The notes under the pieces: generated by a model | Seen by the model: the letters and a program-made list of their open reading frames with translations, nothing else | What the model was told of the DNA's origin: nothing | Database searches by the model: none | Translations under genes and position numbers: made by a program | Source of the DNA: Oculina patagonica | Taxonomy: Eukaryota | Direction of reading: 5' to 3' | DNA: 64,000 nt | Assembly: GCF_052425735.1 (NCBI RefSeq) | Contig: NC_135764.1 | Location: 30,070,001-30,134,000 of the forward strand | Part shown: positions 49,306-62,771 of the stretch, in pieces | Layout of the letters: every line of letters begins with the position of its first letter | How positions within the stretch are numbered: the stretch's first letter is position 1

Positions 49306-52300
49306 CTATTTTTTGGTTGCTATCCACACAGCTTTATGGTCACTAAAGTATGTCTCGAGAACACCAGTTTGGACTCTTGATTCATTTAGATTTGTATAAA
49401 TGTGATCAATTGTAGTTCTGTTGTCAGTGGTGAAGCCTGAAATAAGTTGTTTGTATCCATATGTTTCAATCATTTGATTATGTATACTGCTGTTTTGTAC
49501 AACATTATTAAAATCAATGTTAAAATCACCAAGTATTATATGAAAATGTTCTGTTGACATAATGGAATGAAGTTCTCTCAATGCTTGTAGCAAATGTCTC
49601 GTTGACACTTTTGGTGATCTATAAATTCCAGCAATAAGAACATCTGGCAGACATTTAACTTTAATTATTGTTATTTCAACTCCATGCATATTTTGACATT
49701 TGGGATATCCATCATTACATTGAGCTCTGGTATAAACTGCAGTTCCATAGAATGGTCTTTGTGTATGCAACTGCCTATCAAATGAAGCATCATTTCTAAA
49801 CAAGGAGAAGTCATTGATATTATATTCATCATTTTGGTCAAACACCCACAACCTAGTTTCAACAATGATATTTACATCTGCTACCTTTATGTTAAAATCA
49901 TTTTTCACATCTGATATATGCTTGTGTAGTGAACGTGCATTAAGAAAAACAATCTTGACAAAATCATCACCAATGTCTTGAAGAGAAAATACAGATGTCT
50001 GAAGATAAGCCACTGTTCGCAACCTCTGCATTTCATTCTTAACTTTGTTACTCACAGTTATCTTTTTTTCATTGAGATTCTTTATATGTAATCCATCAAT
50101 TGTGGTAACTCTACTTAATGCAACATAATGAATGTGGGGAATAGCGCGTCTTGAAGTAAGATCAACTACAACCTCAGTTTCAGTGTCACCCTGAGAACGG
50201 TGAATAGTTTTCCCTGCAGATGGCCGTAAAGGAAATTGTTTTCGAACGATTTGAGCAGCTTTACTTCTTCCTACAAAAAATGTCACACAAACAGGTTTTA
50301 CTGGTGTCCAACTCTGCTGGATATTGTCACTGTAAAGGTGTCTATTTTCATTTCGAGTTTTCTCTCCAACTTTAGCATGATCAAATTCAACCCAAACAAT
50401 TCCATCAGGACGTTCAGAACTTAGGAGACTGATAAATCTCACTAAACCTGCACTACCATTTGTAAGCCCATCATCTAATCTGATGTTTTGGCAGACTTCA
50501 ATCCTTTCATTTTCTGCAATTGCAAGATGAGTTGCTAATTGCATAGTTTTTCGTGGATTATCTGGAACCTGTCGTAATAACCGTACCTTTAATTCCTCAG
50601 ATTGAGTACCAATGACACTGTCAACCGCCTTGACAATATATTTTTTACCTGCTGCAGAATTATAAACTGACCTGTTAAACTCATCAACACTGTCATTTTG
50701 GATAAATAGGTGTGGAGCATGTCTGGGATAGTTCATATTAGGATCTTCAATGATTCTTGCTCTCAGTATATTCAAGTCATTCTCAGTGTGAATGCCTTCA
50801 CGTAGCCGATTAAGAATTTCTGCAAACTGATGGCTTTCTCTTTGACGCATAATTTCATGCAATTCAAACATCTGAAAATGTTTTTGCCATAGATTAGCTG
50901 CTAAAGGGGCATAATTACTCTCCAAATCTTCAAAAACATACCCGTCAAATACTGGCTGAAGTTGAAACAAATCTCCAATTGCTATAATACTCACTCCCCC
51001 AAAATCATTAGCTGTACCTATGATATCTTGAAGTCTTTTGTTAATCTGAATATTGAACATAGAATTTCCTACCATTGATACCTCATCAATGAAAATTATC
51101 TTCAAACCAGCAAATTTGCATCTTAAGGAGTTCAAACGACTGGCATCAAGCTTCTTATAAATTTTTAAGGACTGGTTTGCAGGCACACCTAATGCAGTAT
51201 GGATTGTATTTCCTTGAATATTGTAAGCAGCTTTACCAGTTGGAGCAACAAGGACAGCTTTAATTTGATGAAAATCATCACCGGCTCTTGTATTTAAATA
51301 TTTGTAAACTGCTTGAAACATCACTTTAGGCAAGTGAGACTTTCCAACTCCAGCACCACCAGAAAGAAACAAATAGAAAGGTTCATTAGTTGTCTTTACA
51401 AGGTGTAAAACATGGTAGAAAAATTGCAATTGCTCAACATTTAGAGAACGGACAGCTTCCCTATACTCTTCATCTGGCAATTCATCAAACGAGAAATTTT
51501 GTTCACGATTCTCACTACTGGAAGGAATCCCCAGATCTTCAGAAAGATCGTAGTTCCTAACTTCTTCTGTGTTGCATAAACGTTCCCTATCGGTTTCTGC
51601 AAGGTCATGCAGTTCTACGTGTTGAGCATTTGGAGCTACGCAATCCCACATATCATCAGTGCATTCTACAGTTTGTACATCATCTAATACCTTGTCCAGT
51701 TGCTTACTACATGGTGCATACTGAGACATCTGATCATTTATCTGTTCAGTTAATCTCTGACAACGCTCCTTGTATGTCTCAAAGTCACCAAGCAAATCAG
51801 TGTTTTCATCTCTCCATGCAGTAAATAACATAAGGAGCTCACGATAGTGCTTTTCAGGGTTACTTTCTTTATTAAACCAAACACTTCTAATTACCCTAGC
51901 TTTTGACCGCTTCTGGGGTTGTTTTTGGTTCTTTGTTTTCAAATCACTGCTAGCTGCACATGTAATATCTGTACTAACCTCATCATCTTCATTATTGTCA
52001 TGATCAAATATTTCTAATGGCAATCCATCAACATCAGTATTGTTGCAACTCTGCAAGTTTTTCAGGTTTGATTTCATATTATTGTCATACCAAGCTGCCC
52101 AGTCAGCTAATGTCACATTCTCTAGGCAAGATGGCCTTTTGGTGTACCTTTTTATTAAGCCACCTGATTCAATGTCTTCTGACTCATCTTCTAGGTGCTG
52201 AATGTCATCAATTGATTTCAGAAGATGAACCCTTTCATCTGGTAAAGCTGTATTAATAAATACCACTTCACGAGAAGAACGACGCATTGGTAACTGAAGT

Positions 52301-55300
52301 ACAATATATACTGCCTCTTGTGCGCTTATTTCAACACTGTTCAAGAATTTGTTACCAATGTCACGCACTTGCTGTTTAATACCCAAATTTCCTTCTCGAG
52401 CTTCCTCACATGCTTTTCTTAAAAGTTCACTCATACCTCTTTGCGCCTTTGATATGTAAGAAACAACATACATCGCACAAGAGTAGATATCTAAAATGAA
52501 TTGAACATCCATGTTTGCTCTCCATGCAAGCAGGCAGTGCTTGTTGTAATTATTGATTCTAAGTTCATTTGGCTTTCTTTTCAAAAATATTGTTGCCCTA
52601 CTTAAGGAAGATCTAATGGCTAGAATATAGACCTCTTCTGTGACACCAAGCTTTTCGAGAAGTTCGTCAAATGAAATATCTTCTCCTTCCCTCATTGCAT
52701 TAAGTTGCTCATTGATTTCTTTCCAAGTTGCTTTGTGCTCGTCCAAAAGACTAATTTGGTCACTTTCACTTAAAGGATACAATATTCGAGTGCTTTTCAT
52801 TGGAGGCTGTGGAAAATTAAACCTGCATTTTTTCTCAAACCTTTTTTTACAAGTAAATGAATGTTTATGTTCCTGACGAGAAACTAATTCATCTAACTCA
52901 CAACTGTTTCCAGGTTTTGAACAAGTGATAATTTTATCAACAAAATTGCAAATTTTTTCATCTGAATCTTCACCAAACTTTGGTGCACCTTCAATCCATA
53001 AAAGCATATGTATATGTGGTGAGCCACGCTGTTGAAATTCAACACGATAAAACCAATCTGCTATTTTTCCGAGAGGCGCACAATCACTATGCAAAAATTT
53101 AACAATAAATTGCTGAACTTGGAAGTCAAAATGTCTTGCACATGTGATAGGATCACTTTGTATTAACCTTGACTTTTCCTCCCACGACAATTTGCATTTA
53201 ATTCATTATCACTGTATATTTTATGATCAGTCAATTCACCTAACATCCTTAACAGATGATTCCACTTTGTTTCAGCTGCAGAAAAGCTACAGAAAAGTGT
53301 TGCAGCTCCAAGTTGCCTTATCATGGCAAATAAATCTTTCTTAGCCTTCTCAAAGTAGGGTGGTGAACCACGAAGAGCTCTCAGAAATCGGTAGCCTTCA
53401 TCCAAATGAACTAATTTGTCTAAAGCACCTTCTTTTTTTAACTCGCCTGCTGTTAGTCTCTTTCCTTTTGTTTTATGCTTTCGTAGAGCAATCTGGCATT
53501 TGCCTAATATTATTTTCATTTGCAGCTTTTTCAGTTTAAAAAAAATATTTTCGATACACTTAGCAACTCTGCGATCAGAACGCCTTAACTCTGATTTGCA
53601 AATGTCACTATAATACACAGGCACACTTCTTTCCTTATTATCTGCTCTCACTTTGCCATAGAATATCCCAGGATATGCTAGTTCTTCGCAATATTGGTCT
53701 TTAAACACACTTATTGGATGATTGCTTTCACCTGGTGCAAAGTTCAAAACCTTTTCACGCTCACAATCTTCTACAAAGTCTGGAGATGTCAACATTGTAT
53801 CCAAAGTACCAGCACACATTTCTGATTCATCCACCTCATTCCAAGAATCTTCTTTTTCCCCTTCAGATTGAGTAGGACAAGAATCCTTAGAAAGATCTCT
53901 GCTAGAAAAATGCAAATCTTTTCCACTACCTGAGCATCTTGATACATCCAAAGTCACTGGTATACCAACTAATGCTTTTAGACTAATAGGGTTTGCTGAT
54001 CTATACCCTTTTGAACACACTTCAACAAGAACAACATTTTGTGGCTCACGAATTTTATATCTGAACAGTTTGATTACAGTGGAAGTACTTACATTAACTG
54101 CTGCTTCACTGAATTCAGTAGATAAGTCATCTTCCAGTGGTAATAGATCATGTACAATGACCATGTGCTTTCTAAAAAGTGTTTGCTCTTTTTCCCAGGC
54201 ACTACACAAAGAACAAAAAAACACCACTTCATTACTATTACAGTCATTGTGATGGAATACTGGCAGGTAGTTACTCTCTTCACAACATTCACTATCAGTT
54301 TCTACTGCATGATCATACAACATATGACTTTTTAATTTCATCCAGTCTATTAACACCTGTTCACAAGCAAGGCAAATAAAAACTTGACCACATTGAAATG
54401 GAAACAATCCACTATTTTGTGACAAAGATTCCACATTGTTATTCATTGACTCATTAGAAGCTACAGGTGCATTCATTTCTCCAATGTTGCTTGAACTGCA
54501 GCAAGGTCTATCATTAATTGTGTCATTTTCCTTACACCCTGTAAACAAATCATTCCAATCTGGATTAAGTTTGATGCCTTCTTGTTGATATAGTACACCA
54601 TTTTCAGTCAGCCATTCAGCCGCTTCAAAAACTTTGGATGGTCTTATATTTTGAGATAGGACATAGTTTTTGTATTTTAATTTTCTCTTCAGTTGCACTT
54701 TGATAGTCTCTGTTTCAGACGAAAGTCTTGGTAAAATAGTTACAGTATTAACAACATCAGCAGGAACATTTACTATGTTGCCATGGATTTTGAACTGCTT
54801 TCCTCTAGCTGCTTCATGTATCTTTTGAAAGATCAACCGTGGTGATACAAGTCTCCATTCTAGTTCTGTCAAGTCTAAATGGTCAGGTTTAGATGGAAAA
54901 TTCATTTTATTTTGCACTGCACATGGAGGAATTTTATTCTGCTTTAGGTGTTTATAACACGTATTACAAACCCATTGAGCTGTACAACATTGCTCACTTA
55001 TTTTTATGCATTTTAGCACAGCTTCATTATCAAGTTTTAGTACAGTTTGAGCTCTAACAAGACTATGTTTGTACCATAACTGATCACAACATGTACAGAC
55101 AAATGTTGGCCCTGTAGCAACCAGTTCACGAAAAATGGTAACTAGCTCATCGCAAGACATTTGGTTTCTATTTGTATAGGCTTCTCTCCTTTTTCTCAAC
55201 CGTTCTTCTTTCTGTTGCTTTGTTTCAGTTTCTTTTGCTTTTCTTCGGGATTCTCTCTTTTTCTTTAGTCTCCTTTCTCGTTGTTCATTGCTTTCAGTTT

Positions 55301-55398
55301 GCTTGTTTTTCATGTTTTGTTCTCTACTTTCCTTTAACCTATTTTCTTTCTGCTGCTTGGTTTCACTTTCTCTTTTTTTTCTCATTAGTTCCCGATAC
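49306..55398 (-). pseudogene. Helentron (Helitron2-type) Rep-PIF1 helicase-AP endonuclease polyprotein, one frameshift, 5'-truncated
   Basis: Charged N-terminal repeats; CTCC...CNTC; Rep motifs VEFQQRGSPHIHMLLW and YVVSYISK; helicase GGAGVGKS, DEVSM, GDLFQL, TIHRSQG; EEP motifs NARSL, GIYRSP, GDFN, IDHIY, SDH; ORFs 53163-55685 and 49306-53190 join by a frameshift near 53190. Confidence 0.93.
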
Positions 55399-57916
55399 GG
55401 TAGTATCGAAAACGAAGACCTCGAAAACGAAGACCTAAGACCTAAGACCCAGTCGAAAACTAAGACCCAGTCGAAAACTAAGACCCAGTCGAAAACTAAG
55501 ACCCAGTCGAAAACTAAGACCCAGTCGAAAACTAAGACCCGTACGAAAACTAAGACCCATACGAAACGAAGACCGTATATACGAAAACTAAGACCCATAC
55601 GAAAACTAAGAGTGCGTGACATTAATAATAATGACAGAATAATATTGAAGCAGACTGAGCGTACTGAGAACGTACTACTGATCAAAAATCTAGACTTGAT
55701 CGAAAACTAAAACCTGATCGAAAACGGTTGCTGCGTCACAGAAGAGACAGCCAAAGTCTCCAACAGTAATGCACCGTATCGAAATCTTAACGCGCACAAT
55801 ACTTGCTTCAATAAACTTCGCTACCCGATTATTATTTCTCGCTTTACATCCGCGTAGAAGGGTGCGGAGAGGGGGGGGGGGGGATTGTGCTGGGATGCTC
55901 TCCAATGATGCCTTTAGAGGCCATGACATTAGGGGGGACTGAGTATCCTATATCCCATTAATTTTTGGAATAAATATCCCTTATCGCGAGAAGGCCGCGC
56001 GAGGAAAACTCGAGGAGAAAACTCCAAGATTTTTTCCTCGCGTGGCCCCCTTGCGCCTTTCGCGTTTCTCCCATACGCGCGCTAGAAACTATACGGCGCC
56101 TGCTACGCAGGCTACCTAAAAACCAACTTGTTCACGTAGTTTCGTAAAAAACGCCAAAGAATCTATTACGTATTCTAAGTAGACATGCACTCGTTTCGCT
56201 CATGCCAGGGTTATGAAACACACCTTGTTTAATTTGTTTCTTTCCTGCGTATTAACACCCTTGCGGCTTTTTGTGATCAAAATTATTCTTAGGAAAACAA
56301 ATGTTTTCTCTAAGCAGTTCCTTTCAAAAGGATTTCTCAGCAAAGAATACGCTAACTGAGTTATGTCTAACTGTCTCGTTTGAAGCCAAACCTGCTCCCA
56401 TTATACCTCAGTGTTTATGATCCCGTGGGTAACATTAGGAATTGAACCATGTATGAACGATGAGCGCTTATACAATCCTTTTGTCTTCCAACTTTTGGTG
56501 CTTTGTTTTTGTTTCTTTGCCAAGCCGGTATAAATGAGAGGTATTCAAGACTAGTACCTTTTAAATCGCTTTCACGCGTAACCGATTTATCAGATGATGT
56601 TTTCTTTTATTTGAAACTAGAAACGCGTCATCTTTAGTGACCTTTAGTGTCCTTTACATTGTCGATATTGTTGTTTACATGAACGTGTGCCATCGTTATT
56701 CGTTTCGAAATGTCTCGAACTGTCATGTATATGATTTGACATTGAACGAGTACATTTCATTTTCTTCGCAGTTTTTTGGATCGAAACCGCAATGTCAATT
56801 AAAGGGATGGATCAGCCAGTAAGAATACAAACTGGACACATCTGTTTGAACTGTACTGTGCAGTTGGGATCTGCAGTGCAGTTGGGATCTGCACAAGTCA
56901 TTGCGACAGTGTAGTGTCGTATATTTGCCAAACAGGGCTACATTGTGTATAGATCTCGTCAGTTTGCGAGGTTATCTAGTTTTACTTAGAGTTTGTTTCA
57001 GTTTCAATGATAATGAATGATAGATTTTTCTAAATTTAGTAAATAAAGGTTTTGTTAGTGCTTCTTATGTGTAGGCCAAGATGTTTTAATTTTACTCATG
57101 TAGCGCGTAACGAGGCGTACTCACTTCAAAATTAAAGACAAATATTTGTAGGATTTCAATGAAACTTGATCGATACGTTCTCAGTACTCGTCTGCTTCAA
57201 TGTTATTCTTATCCAACACTGATTCGTAGAGTACAAACATCGCGCAAAACGAGTACAAGTGTCACTCGATATTTGTACTTGTCTCATTTCCCCGACCAAA
57301 AGATTAAAAACCTTGGCAAGTCATGTGTGACCTAGGCTCCCGCAGTGCTATCAGAATGGAATTTTCAAAAGGAACAGCATCTTTTCATTCCGTTTACGTG
57401 TTGAAATAACTGTAGCGTTCCATTTGTCGAAAAATTCTCTCCGAAAATTCCATGTAAATGGAAAGCGCTCATTGATTTTCGATTTCAGTAGTACGTTCTC
57501 AGTACGCTCAGTCTGCTTCAATATTATTCTGTTATTATTATTAATGTCACGCAACTCTTGGTAACGCTGGTTTTGGCCGGGTCTTCGTTTCGTATGGGTC
57601 TTAGTTTTCGTACGGGTCTTAGTTTTCGTACGGTCTTAGTTTTCGTATGGGTCTTAGTTTTCGTACGGGTCTTAGTTTTCGTACGGGTCTTAGTTTTCGT
57701 ACGGGTCTTAGTTTTCGTATGGGTCTTAGTTTTCGTATGGGTCTTAGTTTTCGTACGGGTCTTAGTTTTCGTACGGGTCTTAGTTTTCGTATGGGTCTTA
57801 GTTTTCGTATGGGTCTTAGTTTTCGTATGGGTCTTAGTTTTCGTACGGGTCTTAGTTTTCGTATGGGTCTTAGGTCTTAGGTCTTCGTTTTCGGGGTCTT
57901 CGTTTTCGATACTACC
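55399..57916. mobile_element. Foldback-like element with modular long inverted arms
   Basis: Ends GGTAGTATCGAAAACGAAGACC and its reverse complement; 18-bp arrays (CGAAAACTAAGACCCRTA/CAGT) at ~55440-55610 and ~57590-57870; inner unique inverted repeat ~55610-55690 vs ~57475-57560. Confidence 0.88.
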
Positions 57917-58661
57917 ACTCACCAACACGTAAAAGCGTTAAACCAAATATAATGTAGACCCTTGACCTGTCGCGTTTGCGAGTAAGTCGATTTTGTATGT
58001 ATGCACGACAAGTTCTGAAAGAGTTTGTAAGTGAGTGCAAAAATATAACAGCTACGTACAAAACTACAAGTCGAGGCTTCTCTTCTCACCAAACAGCAAA
58101 ATCACCACAACCCAAGATGGCGGATCCCAAAGAAATGAAGGAAACAATAACACACGTGACCCATATGCCTAGTTCCCAGTGCCACTCGGTTGGAGTAATT
58201 GTAACATTGCCCGTCCACGGGCCACAACATATAGGCGTCTGTCACCGCCTAATCACCGCCTAAAAAGTCGAAGTTCTGAAAAGCTGTCGGGTAAGTGTTT
58301 GAACGTCATTTTGTGTTATATCACCAGTTTACTTTATTAATTACCGAATGTACACCATTTAATATATATTCAAAACAAAATGAATGTTCTGTGTATCTTA
58401 TGGGATTATAATTTTGCTTTCAGATGTTTATAGTCAGCTTATAACTGTTCGGTCGTTATATTCAGCCCAGTCATGAGTCTGGCAGTCTAGTTTTATATGC
58501 CAGAGTCACACAGGAAGCCTAAATATAATTTAACTGTTGTTAGCTGCGGTTGTGGATTCTATTCTATATCGAGGAACAGTGTCCGGATTTTAGCATTATT
58601 TTGAACTGAAGGCTCAAAACCACTTTTCTAGATCTTAGATAAGCTAAACTAAACAAATCTC

Positions 58662-58956
58662 TGTCAAACACTGATCGCCCTAGCAACAAGCCATAATAAG
58701 TTCAGATTTATAACATGATTTCTCAATACAAAGATTCAAAATAATTTTATTACACTGTTTGCTGTCAGTGTAATAATGCAGTGCTAATATTTTCCAAAAC
58801 AAATTAATGATGATTTTGTTTTCGAAAATATTAGCACTGCATTATTACACTGACAGCAAACAGTGTAATAAAATTATTTTGAATCTTTGTATTGAGAAAT
58901 CATGTTATAAATCTGAACTAATTATGGCTTGTTGCTAGGGCGATCAGTGTTTGACA
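58662..58956. repeat. 295-bp near-perfect hairpin
   Basis: 133-bp arms 58662-58794 and 58824-58956, one mismatch seen. Confidence 0.92.
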
Positions 58957-58974
58957 TAATAAAAATTTGGTTTG

Positions 58975-59058
58975 TATCTGATCTTAAAATCGGTGGTAAA
59001 AACGTATAAAACTGAATTCAGTTTTATACGTTTTTACCATCGATTTTAAGATCAGATA
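58975..59058. repeat. 84-bp loopless palindrome centred on GAATTC
   Basis: TATCTGATCTTAAAATCG...GAATTC...CGATTTTAAGATCAGATA, one mismatch. Confidence 0.92.
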
Positions 59059-59350
59059 TGGCTTCTTTGTGTTTTCTTTAAAAAATTTCTTCAGTGTCTG
59101 ACATTTGCAGACTGCAGAGTGCAAAATGCAGAGTGCATAGCAGGCTAGCCTTGAGTGTAAAGTTTGCATTCTGTTTTCTGCTGATTAATTATTAATGACA
59201 GACACCGAATTTCTTATAGACAAAATCACGAAAAGTTTTCTGATAGACACAGAAGGGACACTTCAGGGAAATTTCTTATTGCCCTGTCTTGAATTTACTT
59301 GAATATTCATCACAGGATCATTAGGTTGCATCTAGGGGATGCTGGCCCCA

Positions 59351-59666
59351 CAGGGCTCAAAATAATTTTCGGACAGTGTTCGGTCATGTTGTCCAGCCAG
59401 ACAGATTTTACATGTAGCTCGGTCATGTGTCATTTCTGAACGGTCAAAATATTGAAAATAGCACTTTCAAACTACCACTCATTTCTGCTGTTTTAGCTGC
59501 AACTTTTATGAATAGATCACTTTCTAATGCCCTTCTGGTCATCAGTTATCATTCTTAAAGCCATGTACGTGACCGGTCAAAATGACCGGCAAACTGAAAC
59601 TTTGTCCCGACAAATTGTCATCTTGGCTGGACATTGTCCATTGACCGGCCATTAATTTGAGCCCTG
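59351..59666. mobile_element. hAT-like MITE
   Basis: TIR CAGGGCTCAAA / TTTGAGCCCTG; imperfect flanks CCCCA/CCCTA. Confidence 0.6.
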
Positions 59667-59673
59667 CCCTATG

Positions 59674-59834
59674 GGCCATTTTCAACACAACACTCTGCTG
59701 TCCCTCCAAAATTTTACATAAGCATTGTTTTCAATATCTCTTGTTGTCCCAAGAGAAATTGAAAACAATGCATATGCAAAATTTTGGAGGGACAAGTCAC
59801 AACAAAGAGTATTATGGTATTTTTAAAAATGGCC
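59674..59834. mobile_element. Palindromic MITE related to 3304-3492
   Basis: GGCCATTTT...AAAATGGCC ends; shared core GCATTGTTTTCAAT / GAGAAATTGAAAACAATGC. Confidence 0.7.
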
Positions 59835-61054
59835 TATTCAGCTGAATAGCAGTAGAAGGGAATGTCATTAGTTTACGTTCAGTAATGTTCAGCCTGGTTT
59901 CCTTGCAGCTAGCTTTACACCGGTTTGTTTGCAGTTAGCTCGACATGGTTTGTTTGCAGTTGGCTTTAATTTGTTTGTCAGGGCAATTTACTATCATCTT
60001 TCTGCCCTTCCAACAAAAAGGTTCACCTCATCTTGAAAAGGATAGAAATGTGATTTTTTAAGTCCAAGGCATCTTAATAAAATGAAAAACAGTGTTACAG
60101 AAGCCTGAACAATTTATCAATATATTTTTATCAATATGATTACATCTATCATTGAGGCAATTAGAAACATTTTTTTGTTTTTTGCTTTAGTTGACAGCCA
60201 TGCATCTCAGCAAGAAATGTAAACACACTAGGAAGAGTAATCAAGAGACAAAAACTGTATATATGGAAAAAGGTCTTAATTGAGGTAAGTGTCCTTGCTT
60301 GTAATTGTCTTACTTTAATCTCATGGCATATCTAATTTTATTGTATGTCTTGAGAATGGCATGCCAATGATGGTAAAAGTGTTGATTCTTTACTATAATT
60401 TGTTCATGTATTTGATTTACCAAATCTAAAAAGATATATATTTTATTTTTAGGGGCACTCGAGTGCTGTGGCTATGTCCAAACAAAGCAAAAAATGCAGG
60501 CAACAAGGCAGGAAAGGAGAGGTGAGGTTTCACTGGAAACACACTAGTTGCCACTAAATCTTGAAAAGATTTGCCTAACATGAAAACTAGAGTAAACAAC
60601 AATTTAGCTAGCATTCTCAGAGCAGGGAACTGAGCAGCAAAATTGTAAGAAGCAAAGAGGTTTGGTTTTGTTTTACAGTGTAACTACACTGGGCTCATGT
60701 TAATATGTATTTTTGCCCAAGAAATCTGTGGCCCCTGGCTCTATAGTGACAGCTAGCCCTGCATTGCATTCCAAGAAAAAAATATTTCCTGAACTTTGCC
60801 ATTAATCCAAGCTCATTCAATTTTTTTTAAGTGTAACTTTTGAACAGTTGGGTTATGAGTTGTTGACCAGGGCATAACCTGAGTTACCCGGTAACTACCA
60901 TGCATAGAAATCTTTGTAAAAATCTCACAAATATGAGACTAATAATAAGTGTATATTCTATAAAATTATATTTCACCATTTATCATATAAGTACACAACA
61001 TTGATACAATAACATGCTTTTATATGGTGTATATGGCAAAGTTTGGTGTACTTG

Positions 61055-61243
61055 TGAAAAAACAGCTCCCTTTTAATTGTTGGTTGACTGTCAGTCGTCT
61101 GTCAACCGATATATTTATTACAAATTGAACTTTGTAAAAGTAAAATTTATGTTTTGGAAAAATTGTCAGTAGACTGTTGGTGGCGTGTTGGTAACCTGTT
61201 GGCCGACAGTTGACCCACAGTCGGTTACAGGGAGCTGTTCTTC
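61055..61243. mobile_element. Degenerate MITE
   Basis: Inverted AACAGCTCCC / GGGAGCTGTT; CTGTTGG/CCGACAG internal motifs. Confidence 0.45.
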
Positions 61244-62115
61244 TAAGGCCAGGGGCCATAGATTTTCCAGGCTAATATCAACATGAGACCAGGGTAATTA
61301 CACAGAATAATAGAACCAAAACTGTTAGCTGCTTGCAGCTTTGCTGCTCAGTTCGCTGTCTACTAACCCATAGCTAGTAGAGCCATGAAACATCAAATCT
61401 TGGTGACAGCCCTGGCAATGTATAGCTTGGTCAACATCTCAACATCTCATAGCAAATTGACCATTATCCAAAATTATATATTTTTTTAAAACAACTTCAA
61501 TCAGGACCTTGTTATTGTCCACTTCTTACACTAACTAAGCCATACTTCTTTACCTTTTAGGACACTACAATTTTAACATACACTACTATGGGAATGTGGT
61601 GGTTTGAGGCTGTCAGTGTTTTTAAACAATATTGAATAAAAAGCATTTACACTCAAGGAGCCCAGATGTTAACAATTAGAACAGTTACTGTACAATGTAT
61701 GTTATACAGTCAACTCTCTGTAAGGTGGGCACTATTTGGACCGGCCTCAACTGTCTGTCTTAAAGAGGTGTCCGCCTCCCTGGCATGGTATAAAAACATA
61801 TTTTTTATCAAGTGTTGACATGGTAATGATCATTTTTGTTTGTAGGGATTAACCAAAGGAGCCTTGGCATTAGACCATGTTGAGAAATTGGAACAAGCAG
61901 AAAGGAGTTCTTAAAGAGCTTAAATGGGACTATGAATATTTACAGTATTATATTTTCTTGAAATATTTGACATATCTGATAGATTATCAATATTGGAGCA
62001 ATACTGGTATGTCTTTTCAGTAGAAATTGAAAATTACAGAGGTTTTTGTTAATGATTATTTTCCAAGATATATACATCAAACTTACCTTGACAGTTTTTT
62101 TTTCTTTAAAGGACC

Positions 62116-62151
<36 letters not shown>

Positions 62152-62349
62152 GAGAATTGCTGTATTATATTTTTCTGTGAGCACAAAAAGGCTCACCATA
62201 AAACTCAGTGCTCAAGGTAATTAAACAGACTCCCAATAACGCAACTTGCAGCAATGCAATAAGGCTCCACTTCACTGTACATTTTTAAATGAATTCGATG
62301 CCATTGATGGCAGATGCTGACTAGGAACCTTTAAGCTTTCATAGACTGA

Positions 62350-62771
62350 AACTACGTTTACACGGACACGGTTTCATTTGTAACCGCATCGAAAGCGATG
62401 CGGTTACGCCTTTCGTTTACACGGCACCGATCGAAACTACTACTGTAACCGGGTCGTTTTGAAAACGCTGTCAAAAGTGGAGCGTTTTCAAAACGATACG
62501 GTTTCGTTGTCGTGTAAAAGGTCAAAAACGGCAAAACCGCATCGATTTGAAAACGGCCATGTATTTTGGCACGAACTGGCTGGCTTGCGAAGGGTAAACA
62601 TAGCGAAACAAGCATAGAGAGCAGCGCTCGGCTTATACAATCACATTCAAAAACAGTTGGAAAATCGTTAAATAGGCTCCGTGTAAACACTTCGAAACTG
62701 TGTCGTTTTCGATGCGGTTTCAAGGTCATGAAACCGTGTCGATTGATAACTGTGTCCGTGTAAACGTAGCC
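62350..62771. mobile_element. PIF/Harbinger-type MITE
   Basis: CTACGTTTACACGGACAC / GTGTCCGTGTAAACGTAGCC; TGA on both sides. Confidence 0.75.

Noticed and set aside
53163-53200. Programmed ribosomal frameshift in the Helentron
   Set aside because: No canonical slippery heptamer at the junction and related proteins are normally continuous; mutation or sequencing error is more likely
55399-55685. Hydrophobic (VFDWVL)n N-terminus of the 840-aa ORF, and the KTKT/GLSFR ORFs at 57524-57932
   Set aside because: Translations of the 18-bp foldback arrays; the in-frame fusion to the Helentron is most likely chance
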